Source of the DNA: Epiperipatus broadwayi
Taxonomy: Eukaryota; Animalia; Onychophora
Length of the DNA stretch: 64,000 bases
Reading direction: 5' to 3'
NCBI GenBank assembly: GCA_028023455.1
Contig: JAQFVV010000009.1
Location: forward strand, 7,192,001 to 7,256,000
Part shown: one piece after another, positions 13,480-26,842 of the stretch
Position numbering within the stretch: the stretch's first letter is position 1
Layout of the letters: the number at the start of each line of letters is the position of its first letter
Position numbers and translations under genes: made by a program
The notes under the pieces: model-generated
Database searches by the model: none
Told to the model about the DNA's origin: nothing
The model's input: the letters and a program-made list of their open reading frames with translations, nothing else

Positions 13480-16400
13480 AGTTTGAACCTGCTGAATTTC
13501 CTGAGCTAAAGTTCTTGAATTCACCCAAAATAAATCCTGTACTATTCTTAGGAATTCAGATGATTGATGATACTTAAATAATTTCTGCTGAACTCATATT
13601 TTTGGCAATTTTATACTGTATCCATTTAGGACTAGGATCAATCATATGTGAATTTTAAATAAATTCATGTAATTAATGTCCATGCAATTCTAAGAATTCT
13701 CATCTTTTGTTTATGAAGTAAATTTTTTTAGCAGTTTATTTGCTGCTGATGGACATATGCTGCACTTTTTAATGTAAGCTTTGATATACAAATCACTTTC
13801 AAACCACCATACATTGCTGCAAGTAAGTATTTTCACTTTCATCAAGCAGATTGCGACAGGAATAATGTAGCTATTTTTTGTGGTCAACATCTTACATGAA
13901 TTCTACAAAGAATTTGTGAACATTTTCTCACTATCTGTTAGGCCAGCTATATTTTATCTATTTTAAGAGAATCTGATAATCAAGATTAACTTTCATCCAT
14001 GGTACTATGTTTTGGATGGTTATCATCTTAGGCTTCTAATTATCTATATAATTTACTGTTTTATCATTTTCTATTTCTATAGTTGTACCTGGATATAGGC
14101 AAGAAGCCATATTTATATTTTATTTAGGTTCTCAATTTAAATTCTAACTCATAATTATATATTAATAATTGATTGTACCAGGACACCATTATTGGATTTA
14201 AATGTTTTATAGGAGAATATTCCTAATAATAAACAATGAACAGATGGCCATACAAGTATTGATGACATTTTTTTAGCAGATCAACACCTCTTTATCTAAT
14301 TGATTGTAATATTTCTCAGATTTTGACATTATTCTTAACATAAATGTTATTGTATGCTCATTATTATTTACAACACTAATTTCACATTCTGTTTCATCCA
14401 TTGTCAGAATTATATTCAAACTGTTATCAAATGTGCTCACAGCTGATTTTAAGTTAACAGATTTTTGACCTTTTGGAATGCTTTTTGTGATTTATTTCAA
14501 GTCCAGAATTTTCCTTTTTGAATTAATTATATAGAATGTACCCATGTGGGTTTTCCTCTCTAATAAACTTTCAAAGAAATTCAAGAGTACCAGAAATGCC
14601 TCATTTGTTTTATATTTCTCTAACTCTGCATATTTTTAACTGTTTCGCTCTTTTCTGTATAAGGCTTTAGTGTTTTTTCCCAAAATAATGTGGTCTAAGA
14701 ATTCAAGTTTTTTTGTGCATCATATGCATATGCTAGTATCTAACTCAGAAATCAGTTGATTTCACACTTTTTAATTCTATTCTGCAGTACTTTTGAGTTG
14801 ATTGTTATTAATAAGTCATCAGAATAAAATATTGTACCATTTGTTTCTCTTTATAGCGTGACAATTTTGGCTTGGAAAATATTCAAAGTTTTAGTTTTCC
14901 AAAAGGAAGATGATTGTTTTTAAACAATCCTTTATGAATTCAGTAGTCAATGAGCTTGGAAACCTGTATTCAGATCTAGTTTTTGCAAAGAATTTTGCAT
15001 TTAAAATCTTTATCTTGAGAATTGAATAGTCTTATTGCTAAATGTTTATTTATAGTCACTTGGTAATCGCTAAGTATTTGGATTTGCCCATTGGACTTCA
15101 AGGTGATAACTATGGTAGTAGCCCATTCTGCATTTTCAGGGAACATTAATATTTCTTTTTAAACAAAAGCATCTAAAATTTCTTAACCTTTTTGCTCTAA
15201 ATGCAAAAAATATCTTGCATTCTTTGCAGAGTAGGGGTTTTGGCCTTTCACATAGCTGGATGACGACTGAATCTGCTTTAATTTTTTTTGCTCTGATTTG
15301 AATAATTTTGGATATTTAGTTTGTACTTTCCATTGTAATTTTATTTATTATATATATTTTTATGCCTAAGACTTTAAATTATCCAAGACCTTGTAATAGT
15401 TTTAATTTATTCTTAACTATGAAGACAGTTAATTTTTTATGACACTGTTAAACCTTAAATTAGTTTTCCAATTTATGTCTCTCATCTTAATATCAATTTT
15501 CATTAACTTTGAGCAATCTGGATAATGAAGTTTAATCCATTTGTGAATAAGAGATGCCTCAACTCCATGTTTCCATTTCGATGAGTTTATTATAGATTTT
15601 TTACAGTTGTCATTATCTGCTGGAGGTTATAACCACTAGCTTTATTAATTTTAATTTTGGATTTGTTTGTGATGGATTTACTCTTTGAAATCTTGTATTT
15701 TGCCAATTTTATTTTTAGTGTATCAACTGCTGGGTAGCTTATTTTGTTATACTTTTTGTGCCTTTTCATGTCATGTGTTCAAGATTTTCATAGTGATAGC
15801 ATTCTTTTTTTTTTTTTCTTTGGAATGAATTTCAAATTTGAATGTGCTAAGAATTTATTCTTTTTTTAATATCACTTGCATTGATTGTAGAATTCCTGCA
15901 TATTTCAAAACTTGGTTAATAAGCAGTATCTCTTTTGATAGCCTCAGTGTATGAAAAATCAGCTACTGCCAAGAATTGCTGTTACAAATTTAGATCAGTC
16001 ATACATTATTCTAATAAAGCTTTTTTGAGATATTCATTATATAAACATTTATTTGTCATTTTTTTCAAGAGCATATTATAGTTTCTTTAATTTTCCTCCT
16101 TTCTTTGCATTTATCATATAGGTGAAATGAATGATCTATATGGTTTGGAGAGTTCAATACTAAAGTGATGTGGAATTTTTTAAAACTAATTCTACATAAG
16201 ATATACTTTCAAGCCCGTTAAATTTACAAAGCCTATCTGCTATTTCTTTTATCCTGGGACTTGGGTAATATGAGTAATGTGGCAACTTTTGTCTTGCCAT
16301 CTTTTGTAGAATTAACAAAATATTTTTTTATAGTTTTGTATAGATTTGCTACTCTAAGGTTTTTAAATGTCAAATTCACTGATACTTCATTTAGCTGATG

Positions 16401-16500
16401 CCATAGATGACTTTATTATCATTTTCAGATTCTTGCTGGTTGATGTTTTAAAACTGTCAATTGCTGTGTTTTCCCAATAATTACATAGTTGTAACTGTAG
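13480..16500 (-). mobile_element. Old, highly decayed Ty3/gypsy (Mag/K02A2.6-like) internal region; boundaries approximate
   Basis: Minus-strand relics in gypsy order: RT (EWATTIV..KSNGQI..DYQVTINKHL; HKGLFKNNHLPFG; YSDDLLI), RNase H (NYNQLDKEVL; CHQYLYG), integrase Zn region (YVWWFESDLYIKAYIKKCSIC). LTRs not found. Confidence 0.75.
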
Positions 16501-18114
16501 TCAAAAGGAATCAAATGCCACATAGAATAAAAATACTGCAGTAATGTAATTCATTTTTACTTCAAACCATTAATTTGAATACATATATAACATGAATAAC
16601 AAACCTACATAATATTGGCTTTATATTGGTTAAGACTCAAAATAATACATTAATATAGTATCAGCTGTTGACTGTTCTTATCTGCTTTCATTATATGAGC
16701 CCTGGAGATGAACTTAAATGATAATATTAATATAAACCAGGTAAGTCTTAGGTCCCTTTCATATCTTTAGCAAGAAAAAACTGTCTGTAAGCCAACTAGT
16801 CTTATTGTCTGCTTGTTTAATGGCTTATGCAATTAATAGTATCTTTTTTTTAGAGAAATTTTAATCATGAGAATATTTTTCAGCTGTTGTATTTTTGAAA
16901 CATTTTTTTTATTGGAAATTTAATATAATTTTATGTTTGGGAGCCCTTAATGTATTTGTTTTCATTTAAGTTTGCATACACATCACATGAACAAAGTTAT
17001 TTAAATAATAATAATTGTAAAAAGTAATTGCTGTCTTTGTTATTTCTAAAAAGTTGTTAATTTAAAAAAAATTAAATTTAGACACTAATAATTGAACAAA
17101 GTTATCTGTAATTTAAATTAATTTATTAAATGTAATTTATTACTGAATATTGTTTAAACAAATTATTTAAAAAAAAAAAAAAATTAAATTCATTTCTTAC
17201 ACTTGCTTGATTATGAATAAATTTTATCTTGTAATCATGTCAGAAAATTTTGTAATGAAAGCTTTTTCCTTTCTGTATGCTGTTTCCACAAATTGATACT
17301 ATTGGTATATATGCTGCTATAAAAATGACTAGATCTTAACTCCCCTGCGACATTTCTTATGAGGAATAAATATTTAGTGTAAAAATACAAACTTTATTTT
17401 CATATTTTGTATATAGGTTAGAATTAATAACAGATAAACTGACTATTTTTTTAGCAATTTAATATTTTCTTAAATGAATTTTTTGATATGAATGATGGAT
17501 GTAAAAGTGACCAAGTATGAGATGATTCATCTTCATTGTTTATATATATATATATGAAAGTAAATGTTTAGTATAGAGTTCTAAATATATATATACACAC
17601 TTCATAGAATCAATAACAAATAAAAGTGATCTGATTTTTTTTAACAATTCAACTTGTAATCCATGTTATTAGATGTAAAAGTAATTAGTTGTAAAACTGC
17701 TTTACTATCATTGCTTTTATATTAATATTTCTTTTGAAGATAAAATTTTTTTAGGATAGAATTGCAATTTCGTTAAATATTTGCGAAATAGAATATATTA
17801 TTAACACCGCATATAAATAATTGATTTGATTTTTAAACAGTTTTAACTATTTTAAGATTACTATGAATTTCCTCATAGCTTTTTTTTTTGATGTTACTTG
17901 TTTTAAAGATAAACTTTTAGCATAAAATTGTAAATTTTTTGCTTTTATATGTTATATATTTTTTTATCTATTACTTAATATGCGTTAAATACTTTTACAT
18001 TTAATGGATAATATAGGGTATATGAGCACAGACTTTCACACAACCCACCTCTCTCCACTCTATCTAATAACACTGATACACCTAAACACATATATGCTGA
18101 AAAGATAAATAATC

Positions 18115-18158
18115 ACCAATATACGTATTTCATGCTAAACCAGCAATCATCAGTTGGT
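18115..18158 (-). ncRNA. Minimal type I hammerhead ribozyme motif, best-preserved copy of the 471-bp family
   Basis: Reverse complement: accaa-CTGATGA-t-tgctg/gtt/tagca-t-GAAA-tacgta-TA-ttggt; palindromic stem III ATACGTAT; atypical U-U at the stem II closing position. Confidence 0.75.
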
Positions 18159-18585
18159 CCAGACTATCATCTTTACACACATATATAGTAGTATAAGTGC
18201 TCAGATATATATTAAGATAGACTATCCTCATAGTTCAATGGACAGGCATCAATCCACTCCAACTCTTCAACCGTCCATCCAATTGAAAATCTGATGATGG
18301 AATGCTCAAAGGCCACCCTGAGGCCGAGATTATTGTCACACCCATGCTGACCTAAGGTCAATCTGAACCCCACATGTACAGGACATAATCCATTTAATAC
18401 ATATGCAAGGATGGGCAGACATCTCTATAATGTAATAACTGAAACACAGGCTTGTTATATACCTGTGGCTATATATATGTAATATAGGGTATATGAGCAC
18501 AGACTTTCACACCACCCACCTCTCTCCACTCTATCTAATAACACTGATACACCTAAACACATATATGCTGAAAAGATAAATAATC

Positions 18586-18625
18586 ACCAATATACGTATT
18601 TCATGCTAAACCAGCAATCATCAGT
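18586..18625 (-). ncRNA. Hammerhead motif truncated at the inversion junction
   Basis: Core CTGATGA..GAAA-tacgta-TA-ttggt intact, but the 5' strand of stem I is replaced by junction sequence. Confidence 0.6.
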
Positions 18626-18641
18626 AAAGATGATAGTCTGG

Positions 18642-18685
18642 ACCAACTAATGATTGCTGATTTAGCATGAAATACGTATATTGGT
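18642..18685 (+). ncRNA. Hammerhead motif with mutated core (CTAATGA)
   Basis: accaa-CTAATGA-ttgctgatttagcat-GAAA-tacgta-TA-ttggt. Confidence 0.6.
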
Positions 18686-19118
18686 GATTATTTATCTTTT
18701 CAGCATATATGTGTTTAGGTGTATCAGTGTTATTAGATAGAGTGGAGAAAGGTGGGTGGTGTGAAAGTCTGTGCTCATATACCCTATATTATATATATAT
18801 ATAGCCACAGGTATATAACAAGCCTGTGTTTCAGTTATTACATTATAGAGATGTCTGCCCATCCTTGCATATGTATTAAATGGATTATGTCCTGTACATG
18901 TGGGGTTCAGATTGTCCTTAGGTCAACATGGGTGTGACAATAATCTCGGCCTCAGGGTGGCCTTTGAGCATTCCATCATCAGATTTTCAATTGGATGGAT
19001 GGTTGAAGAGTTGGAGTGTGGAGTGGATTGAAGCCTGTCCATTAAACTATGAGGATAGTCTATCTTAATATATATCTGAGCATTTATACTATATATGTGT
19101 GTAAAGATGATAGTCTGG

Positions 19119-19162
19119 ATCAACTGATGATTGCTGGTTTAGCATGAAATACATATATTGGT
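19119..19162 (+). ncRNA. Hammerhead motif, core intact, stem III palindrome broken by CpG decay
   Basis: atcaa-CTGATGA-ttgctggtttagcat-GAAA-tacata-TA-ttggt. Confidence 0.62.
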
Positions 19163-19913
19163 GATTATTTATCTTTTCAGCATATATGTGTTTAGGTGTA
19201 TCAGTGTTATTAGATAGAGTGGAGAGAGGTGGGGTGTGTGAAAGTCTGTGCTCATATACCCTATATTACATATATATAGCCACAGGTATATAACAAGCCT
19301 GTGTTTCAGTTATTTAATGGATGTGATTTGGAAATTGTAATCTTTATGTATATTTTTGTGATGCCATAATAAGTCATCTAAGAATGTTTGAAAATTAGTT
19401 TTTAAATTTCTGGGTTTTAGAATAATGGTATTGTACTTATTAACTCTTTATTTTTAATTTAAAAAACAATGTATGGTCTTTATAAAAATGTTTTTATTAT
19501 GCTAACTATAAGTAAGATTATTCAAAGATGTGCCTTAATACATTACTCCAATATATTTAATGTAATTTTTTATTATTTTTGTAGATTAATCAAAATATGT
19601 AAAAAGTTATGAAATGGATTACTACATTAAAAAAATGGAAGAGAGAATATTGTATATTCTGTGCTCTATTCCTAGGATATATTAGCCTGGGGTTTTTTGT
19701 CATAATATTCATAAATATTAGACTAAATTTTTTTTTTTTAGAAAGAAATAGAAAATAAATATTTAAACACTTCATGTCATTTTGCTACAACTATTAAATA
19801 ACATTAAAATTAACAAAAAAAGCAATGTTTTTAAATTTGATAATTTTATGTAGAATGTTATATGTATGTGTGTGTGAAGGAATTTTTATTGATCTAGCTG
19901 TTTTAATTTTTAG

Positions 19914-19985
19914 AATGTTCGTAATTTGGACCCCACTTTTATTAAACTGTTCAAACTGGCGCAACTTATGATTGAATACCTTCTG
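19914..19985 (+). CDS. DZIP1: DZIP1 exon
   Basis: ttttAG acceptor, GTAAGA donor; 72 nt, NVRNLDPTFIKLFKLAQLMIEYLL matches the DZIP1 motif DP..LKL.RLAQ..IEYLL. Confidence 0.95.
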
Positions 19986-20908
19986 GTAAGAATTTAAATA
20001 TTAAAATTTTTAATAGTAAGTATCATTTTTATTTTTAAAAGAAAAAAATCAAAAAAATTAAATGATAATACAATATACAGTACATTAAAAACCCAGAATT
20101 GAAATTACAAAATCAGAAAAATCTTGTATATTTTTTGTTATAATATTTGAGATATTTAATTGGTTTAAAATTGTATTCAGTTTGTTCTCATTTTGTAACT
20201 ATTTCCAATAAAATCAAACTGAACATGACAATCTAGACCAGATCTTGGCAATCTGCAGCTTGGAGATCACACACATTCCTTTATTACTTTCCATGATTAT
20301 GTTATGATAACAACTTTTTTGTAATATATTTATATTTTTATATATTTTGTGCTAAATGTAAAAATTGTGATTTTTTTTTAGTAGCTTGAATAAAATTGTC
20401 ATTTTGATTAGACCATTGAAATCTTTTAAAATATTATAAGGACAAACATATAAATAAGTTTTTCTTTGGCGATGTCATTAGAATAATAAAATTTGAGAAT
20501 CCTTGTGTTTTTTTAACTATTCTATTATCTAGAAAATTATTTGCATTTTTGTTATTGCGATATGATGTATTGTTGCTATTCCTTGTCTGAAGTCTTTCTT
20601 AATAAATAATAGCTCCTTTTATTTATTATATCCTTGTTCAAAAATTCTTTTAGTGTTTTTCTACTATAAATTATTTCTTATGCTAAAAAAAACCTCAACA
20701 ATTCTTTTATCATAGCTTGTATATACCTCACAATTTCTTCATTTTTTTAATCTTGACTAATAGTGCTATATTCTAATAATAAACATTGATATTTTCTATC
20801 TCTGCAACACAAATAACATAACAATTTAAATATTTTCTCCATTTCTTAGTTTGTTCTTTTGTCTTCAGATTTTTTTGCTCTAGCCTTAAATAATAAATTA
20901 CTTTCTTT

Positions 20909-22377
20909 GGTAAAAGCCTGAAATCCGGGCAAAGCCGTTTAGAACGTTGATTCTAGACAAAATCAATGAAATATAACGTTAGCGGGCCGCCACAACCTTT
21001 TCTTTTTTTTTAGACGTTTTTTTTTTAATACTGATTAAACGAATAATTTTTATTTCATTTAGAACATGATTTTTTTATTATTAAACAAATTTTGATATTT
21101 ATTTTCGTTACTTTTTGTGGGTTCTTTTTGGAACCTGACATTTTTTTAACAAATTTTCTTTTTTTTTTTTGATCATTTTAAAACTTTGGATCATTTTACG
21201 ACGTCAAAAAATTTGTTTGAATCTCCCACCGCCAAAAAAATAGAATACAATTATTTGCGACTTGTTTAGAACTTAATTCTACCTTTTTTGTTTTTTTTTT
21301 TTGGCTTGACTAAATGGTTTTTCTTATTATTAATTTTACTTTTTTTTTAAACAACAAATTATTTTCACTTTGATTTATATTATGTTTGAATTAGCCTTGA
21401 GCGGGGGGTGGGGGTGGTATTTCGTACTATTATTATTAACAAAAAGTCAACCTAAATAGTCAATTATTTTAACAGCGCTGAAAAAAGAGAATCAACTTTG
21501 GGACTTGTTTCGAATTTTGATTTCATTTTTGGTTGACGTAATTGTTTTTCTTAATATTAAATCAAAATTTACTTTTGTGTTTTTGCCGATTAAAAAATTG
21601 TTTTCAAACACCCACTCCCACACTCGCAAAAAGAATTGTAACCAAAAAGTCAAGAATTTACTGTTTTTTTTTTTTTAAACAACTTTTTCTCACTTTTTAC
21701 TTTGATTTTTATTTCGTTTGAATTACTTTTTTTTTTTGGCCTTCTACAAGAAACTGCTTTTGGGGGTGGGGGGAATTCATAATTTGTTATTATTAACAAA
21801 AAGTCCACACCAAAATTGTCATTTATTTTAACCCCCTGTTGCAAAAAATTGAATCCAAATACTTGTCAATTTCTAATGAAATGAAATGAAAAAAAAAAAG
21901 GACACAAACTTTGGACTTTTTAAAAATTATTTATTCTTTTATTGCTGTAATAAAAAGTGGACATTGTCGAAGCCTGTTCGAACATACACTTTGCCAATTT
22001 TTTTACATAGTAACCTTTTTTTTAGGGAAGGGTGGGGACCATATGACAATTATTAATAATTAACATTTTTTAAATCGAAATGATATTACTCTATTACGGA
22101 GATTTGAAAAAATCGTATCGCCTTGAAATTTAAACACTCTCAAGCGATACGGTAATCAGCTATGAATAGAACCAATACGTGTAAATAGCTTTGAATCACA
22201 AAACAGGCCGTAATATTTTTGTGCAATGTCATGTAAAGCGGCCTAGCTAATGGGTTAATACAATACGTAAATATTGTATTAGCCTGTATAGATCGCGGCC
22301 GCCGAAACAGCATTTTTATGTGTTTTGACACGTAAACAATGCCCCAAGCGGCCGTGCCCGGATTTCAGGCTTTTACC
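20909..22377. mobile_element. Non-autonomous DNA transposon, Merlin-like
   Basis: Perfect 23-bp TIRs GGTAAAAGCCTGAAATCCGGGCA; 8-bp TSD CTTTCTTT (20901-20908, 22378-22385); no ORF; CpG-rich. 5'-GG termini with an 8-9 bp TSD are Merlin hallmarks. Confidence 0.85.
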
Positions 22378-22439
22378 CTTTCTTTAATATTATCATTGTT
22401 GATCTTATTTTGATATATTAATTTTTTTATTGCATATTT

Positions 22440-23620
22440 CAGTCTTCTTAACATTTTTTTAGATGTCTATCCCAGTACAAATGCACTTTAAAACTAACAT
22501 TCTATTAGAATATTCATCATATTTTTTGTTAAATACATTGAATTAAAATCATTCAATTCTATTGCATATTTTATTACTTGGCTCAACCAATTTGTCTGAC
22601 ATCCTTCTAATTAATTCGAGTAAAAATTATTTTAGTTTATTTTCATTCACAAATTATAATCGGCCAAACATTTTAAATTTGATTTTGCAATTATTCATAT
22701 GAAATGATGAATATCCCATTTTCTCCTATATATCTTCATCTGCAAACCACCCATTTTTCCCAAGTGCATATCTTTCCACTTCTTTTTGTATCTTATCTAA
22801 AACTCAATAATTTACGGATTTCGCACATCTTTATTGTTTTTATAAATGAAAGCAGATACAACTATTCCTTTCCATAATTTTCCATCTACTATAAACAAAT
22901 TGCCAATTTCTTAACCAATTATTTTTTTCTATGCAGTATTTTTCCATTTTTCACTTATGTTTTAATTTATTAATTATCAGTATATAAGATTTTTGTTTTA
23001 CTCACTTTAATATTTTTTTCTTTTCCACATGTAAGCAATCTGAATTATATCTCTATTTTTCATTACAATATTTCATATTCTATAATTAATCTTAATTTTT
23101 TTTAGGAGTAATATAAACAATACTGATGATAAAGGACAACTTTACTCGGGTTATCTCACTTATTATGTTGTCTGATTCATAATACTCCAGTTAATATATA
23201 TATATAATATTTTTTTTGTATGGTTTATCTAATAATTGCAATAAATCTTTTTCTAATTCCATTTTTTTTTAAAACTTAGATGATAAACATGCTCTGATCA
23301 TTCTTGTATGCTTTTTTTAATATCCGAAAAAGCCATATATATTTTTCTGTCCAAATGACACAAGAATGTAATCACAACTTCTCTTATTATTCCTTAACCC
23401 TCCCTGTTCTTTTCCTAATATTTTTCATTTGTTTATCCATATCTAAAATTCATCTTCACCATTATGAATGTGAACATTTAAGTACTGTCTACCATCTTAT
23501 TATGGAAATAAAATGTAAGATATTAGAAATAGTAATTAAATTCTGAATTCTAAATGATGATAATACATAGCTCACATAATCAGTTTCAGGAGGACCTTCA
23601 TCAGCTGCTAACACCATTTA
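22440..23620 (-). mobile_element. Decayed LINE reverse-transcriptase fragment; boundaries approximate
   Basis: Minus-strand relics QGGLR..RSC, AFSDIKKAY, VR*P..CPLSSVLF (GVRQGCPLSP-like) and ILYTDN (LYADD-like) in RT order. Confidence 0.7.
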
Positions 23621-25734
23621 ACCACAAATCCCAAATATTATTTATATTTAAAATTTGGCATTTTCATCGTATACTAATAGAGAATTCAATATTTAAATAC
23701 GAGAATTTGTAAATGCTCTCATTCATAATACTATAAGATGTAGCTACATACTATATTAAATATATAATTAACAATGTATGTATGGGTGCACATGTATAGA
23801 CAGTTATCTATGCTGTTGATTTTACAATGATTACATTGAAATGATATATATGTGCACACATATCCAATACTTCATGTGCATTATACATTGGTGAAATTAT
23901 ATATTAAGGAAATTAAGCTGCTTAAATATTGTATTCATTATACCATTGAAGTTTGTAATTCATAAAACTATAATATTATTGAACTAAATTTTTATTTTAT
24001 TTTAATATTAAATAATAAGTAGTGAATCAGTAGTTTTATTCTATTTCTTAATAGGTTTAATTTTCGAATAGAAATAACAGTAATCATTGTAATTATTTGT
24101 TGGACCACTTCCAACATCCAATTTTTTTTTTAAGAAAAAAATTCAAAATTTATTTGAACTTTTTAAATTAGATAATGGTTGTATTTGTAATTATAGATTT
24201 AATAACATGTATATCCAGTCACATCTGAAATACTAAAGTGGAATTATACAATAATTATGGAACAGAGTAAGAGACATTTATTCAGGTGCCAATGACTTGG
24301 AAAAAAGAAAAAAATTGTTTTCATTATTAGATTCATTGACTACAATAACTTCACATAATTTTTCCTTTTAATTGCCAGTCCAAACCTAAACAGATTTTTA
24401 TATAAATAATTCATAGGTAAAAGGCTAATATTTAAATAATGTGTGGATAACATCAAATCAAAGTATACACATACACATATTTGTTAATATTTATAATATA
24501 TAATTAATTGACTTTCATGCTTACAAAAATAATATTAAAGTCTTTATGATCTGCACTTTCAGCTTCCTAGATATCTTTTGGTACTTTCAGCAAGACTTAG
24601 CCAGAATGGTGGGTCATAGTTTATTTTTTTAAAGTTATTCATGATTGAAACACATTTCTTCATTTATCTGAGTGTATTGTTCATCTGTCTTTATATATAT
24701 ATATAGATAAGTTGAACATAGATCGGACTCTCACAAAGAATAGTTGTACATTTGCTAACATTAAGAAAATTTTTAGGAGACAACAGCAAAATAAAAAACA
24801 ATGATAATGTATACATACTAGAGATGGCAGGCAAACTAAAGAAAATCTACAATCATTATAATATCAGAAAAGTTTTTTAAAGACCTAGCTTATTGAAAGA
24901 ATTTTAACATTTACATTAATTAAATTTAAAATGCTGAAAATAATTACATTATGAAATATTGTATGAATACACATATCAGTAAAACTAACCATTCTGTTGA
25001 AAAATGTTAAAAGCTCATGATTAGAGATGAAAAAATTAATGTGTCTAAAGTATCAGATCATGCTTGTTATGTTCATTAGTACAATTAAAGAAAAAATTGG
25101 GTAATAAATCTGCTCATTTGATGATAGCATATAACTTCATATATGAGCCTAATATGATAATTCATAATGCTTGCAAAAAAAAAACTCATTAATCTTGTCT
25201 TTAAAAGGGAAAAAATTAGAGAAATCAGGACTTCATAGATAAATATATAATATTAAATTTTTACTGACTGTTCAAATTTGATGGAATAGTGCTAGTGGTT
25301 AGAGCATCATCTTAAATTCAGTATCTGTGAATCTAAAGATCATCATTTCTATTCCTGAACTAGCTGTGATTAATTAGATCAATAACATTTTAAGAAGAGG
25401 AGACTAATACCACTGTTCATTTCTTTCTAACCTGTATTTTATTATTGACAAATGAATTTAGAAAAGTACAAGTTAAGTCTGAGTTTCTCTAAAATCATTT
25501 AATTAGATGATGCAAGTAGTTGAAATATACTACTATCACCAACTTTAAGATAATCATAAAGATTGTATGTATAAAGATAATCTTTTATCTCTTATTAATG
25601 TCTGGAAAATAAACTAAAATTATTATTGGTTTTGTTTGAATAAAATATCAAAGTTAATTTAAAATAAATCTTAACTTTACTAATAGTTCTATGTTGATTT
25701 CATTGACATATTTTGAAAAAAATGTATTTGTTAC

Positions 25735-26372
25735 TGTTATAGTCCTCCCTTCTCTCAGAAGTAGACTATTCCAGATGCCACCTTATCTGATCGGATTAAG
25801 CATTGTTTGCCACAGGCCAATAGGCTGATGTATAGATAAAAGCATAGCCAATGATTATTACAGGCCAATGAGCAACGATGCTTGCTGAATCCGAAGGTTT
25901 TCAATAAGGTCAAGGATCTGGGTATAAATAGTCAGCCTTTTGTGAGGATCAAGGAAGAACGTGTCTAACCTGAACAGACTTTTTGCGTTCTCCCAGGAAT
26001 CTTTGCTAACATAAACAGCAGCAAGTATTCCCATTGATAGCACTACTCTATTTAGATCTATGCAGCTAGACAAGTCCCACAGAGACCGGATAGTGCTAAG
26101 ATCACACTCGGCTCGAGGCAAGCTGTCTTGTACAGCTCGAAGAGTCATAGATCTTACCCGTGAGGCAAGCCATAAGGTGTGGCTGGAAGCGGCAGGCAAA
26201 ACCCAGAGTTCACGTTAAACTCCAATATTGAACTTATAAATATTCATTTGTATACTGTATATTGTTTGTATATATTTGTACATAATAAATATATTAAATT
26301 ATAATACTTGTTTCAGTATTATTTTATATTATTTACTGTTAGTTGGGTCTGTAATCCAGACCAAACACAACA
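25735..26372 (+). repeat. 5' LTR (638 bp)
   Basis: TGTTATAG...CACAACA; direct repeat of 28398-29014. Confidence 0.96.
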
Positions 26373-26376
26373 GATT

Positions 26377-26385
26377 TGGCGCAGT
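26377..26385 (+). promoter_or_regulatory. Primer-binding site, tRNA-Ser type
   Basis: TGGCGCAGT four bases after the 5' LTR. Confidence 0.75.
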
Positions 26386-26842
26386 TTGACAAAATATTTT
26401 TTTTTTCCCCATGTCTAGAAAAAGAAAAAACTTGGAAAACGTAAATACGCGAGTGCGCAATTATTTAGACACACACTCGTAAGTTACGAAGCTGTGATTA
26501 CTAAATCACACTTAAATACGGTCCAAGTATTTAGTAAAATACGTATACGTATGGATTAAACAGTGATTCTTAAAATCACTTATATCTGGCAAAATAAGTA
26601 AAATACACGATCGTATTTACTAAACAGCCATTGTCAAAATCACTTATTTCTGGGAGGAAACATAAAGTGATCATAAAAACGATTGGTGCTTCATAAACCA
26701 ATCAAAATTGGCCTTGCTAAAAAGACAGAAGCTTGCCTAGCAGAGTAAAAAATCTGTCGAACAATCGTATTGAGTGATTACTCGCAAATATACGAAAAAA
26801 ATATTTTTCTCATGTGATAACAGAGAAAAATAAAATAAAAAA

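Larger units (their letters stand above)
18010..19314. mobile_element. Non-coding fold-back insertion of ~471-bp HHR-bearing tandem monomers (retrozyme or non-autonomous PLE-like)
   Basis: Left arm 18010-18625 (period 471: aatatagggtata at 18010 and 18481); right arm 18626-19314 is its reverse complement (period ~477); flanked by direct repeat (att)taatggat at 17999-18009 and 19312-19322. Confidence 0.9.

Noticed and set aside
18291-18335. Possible opposite-polarity hammerhead (CTGATGA..GAGA) in the 471-bp monomer
   Set aside because: GAGA instead of GAAA and no convincing stems, so no evidence for an ambisense viroid-like pair.
18010-19314. Tandem repeats as a CRISPR array or simple satellite
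   Set aside because: Eukaryotic intron, no repeat-spacer pattern; TSD and dispersed copy indicate a retroposed element.
23571-23610. Minus-strand CTGATGA-agg/tcct/cct-GAAA hammerhead-like motif
   Set aside because: No stem I or stem III pairing; it sits in a decayed LINE coding relic.
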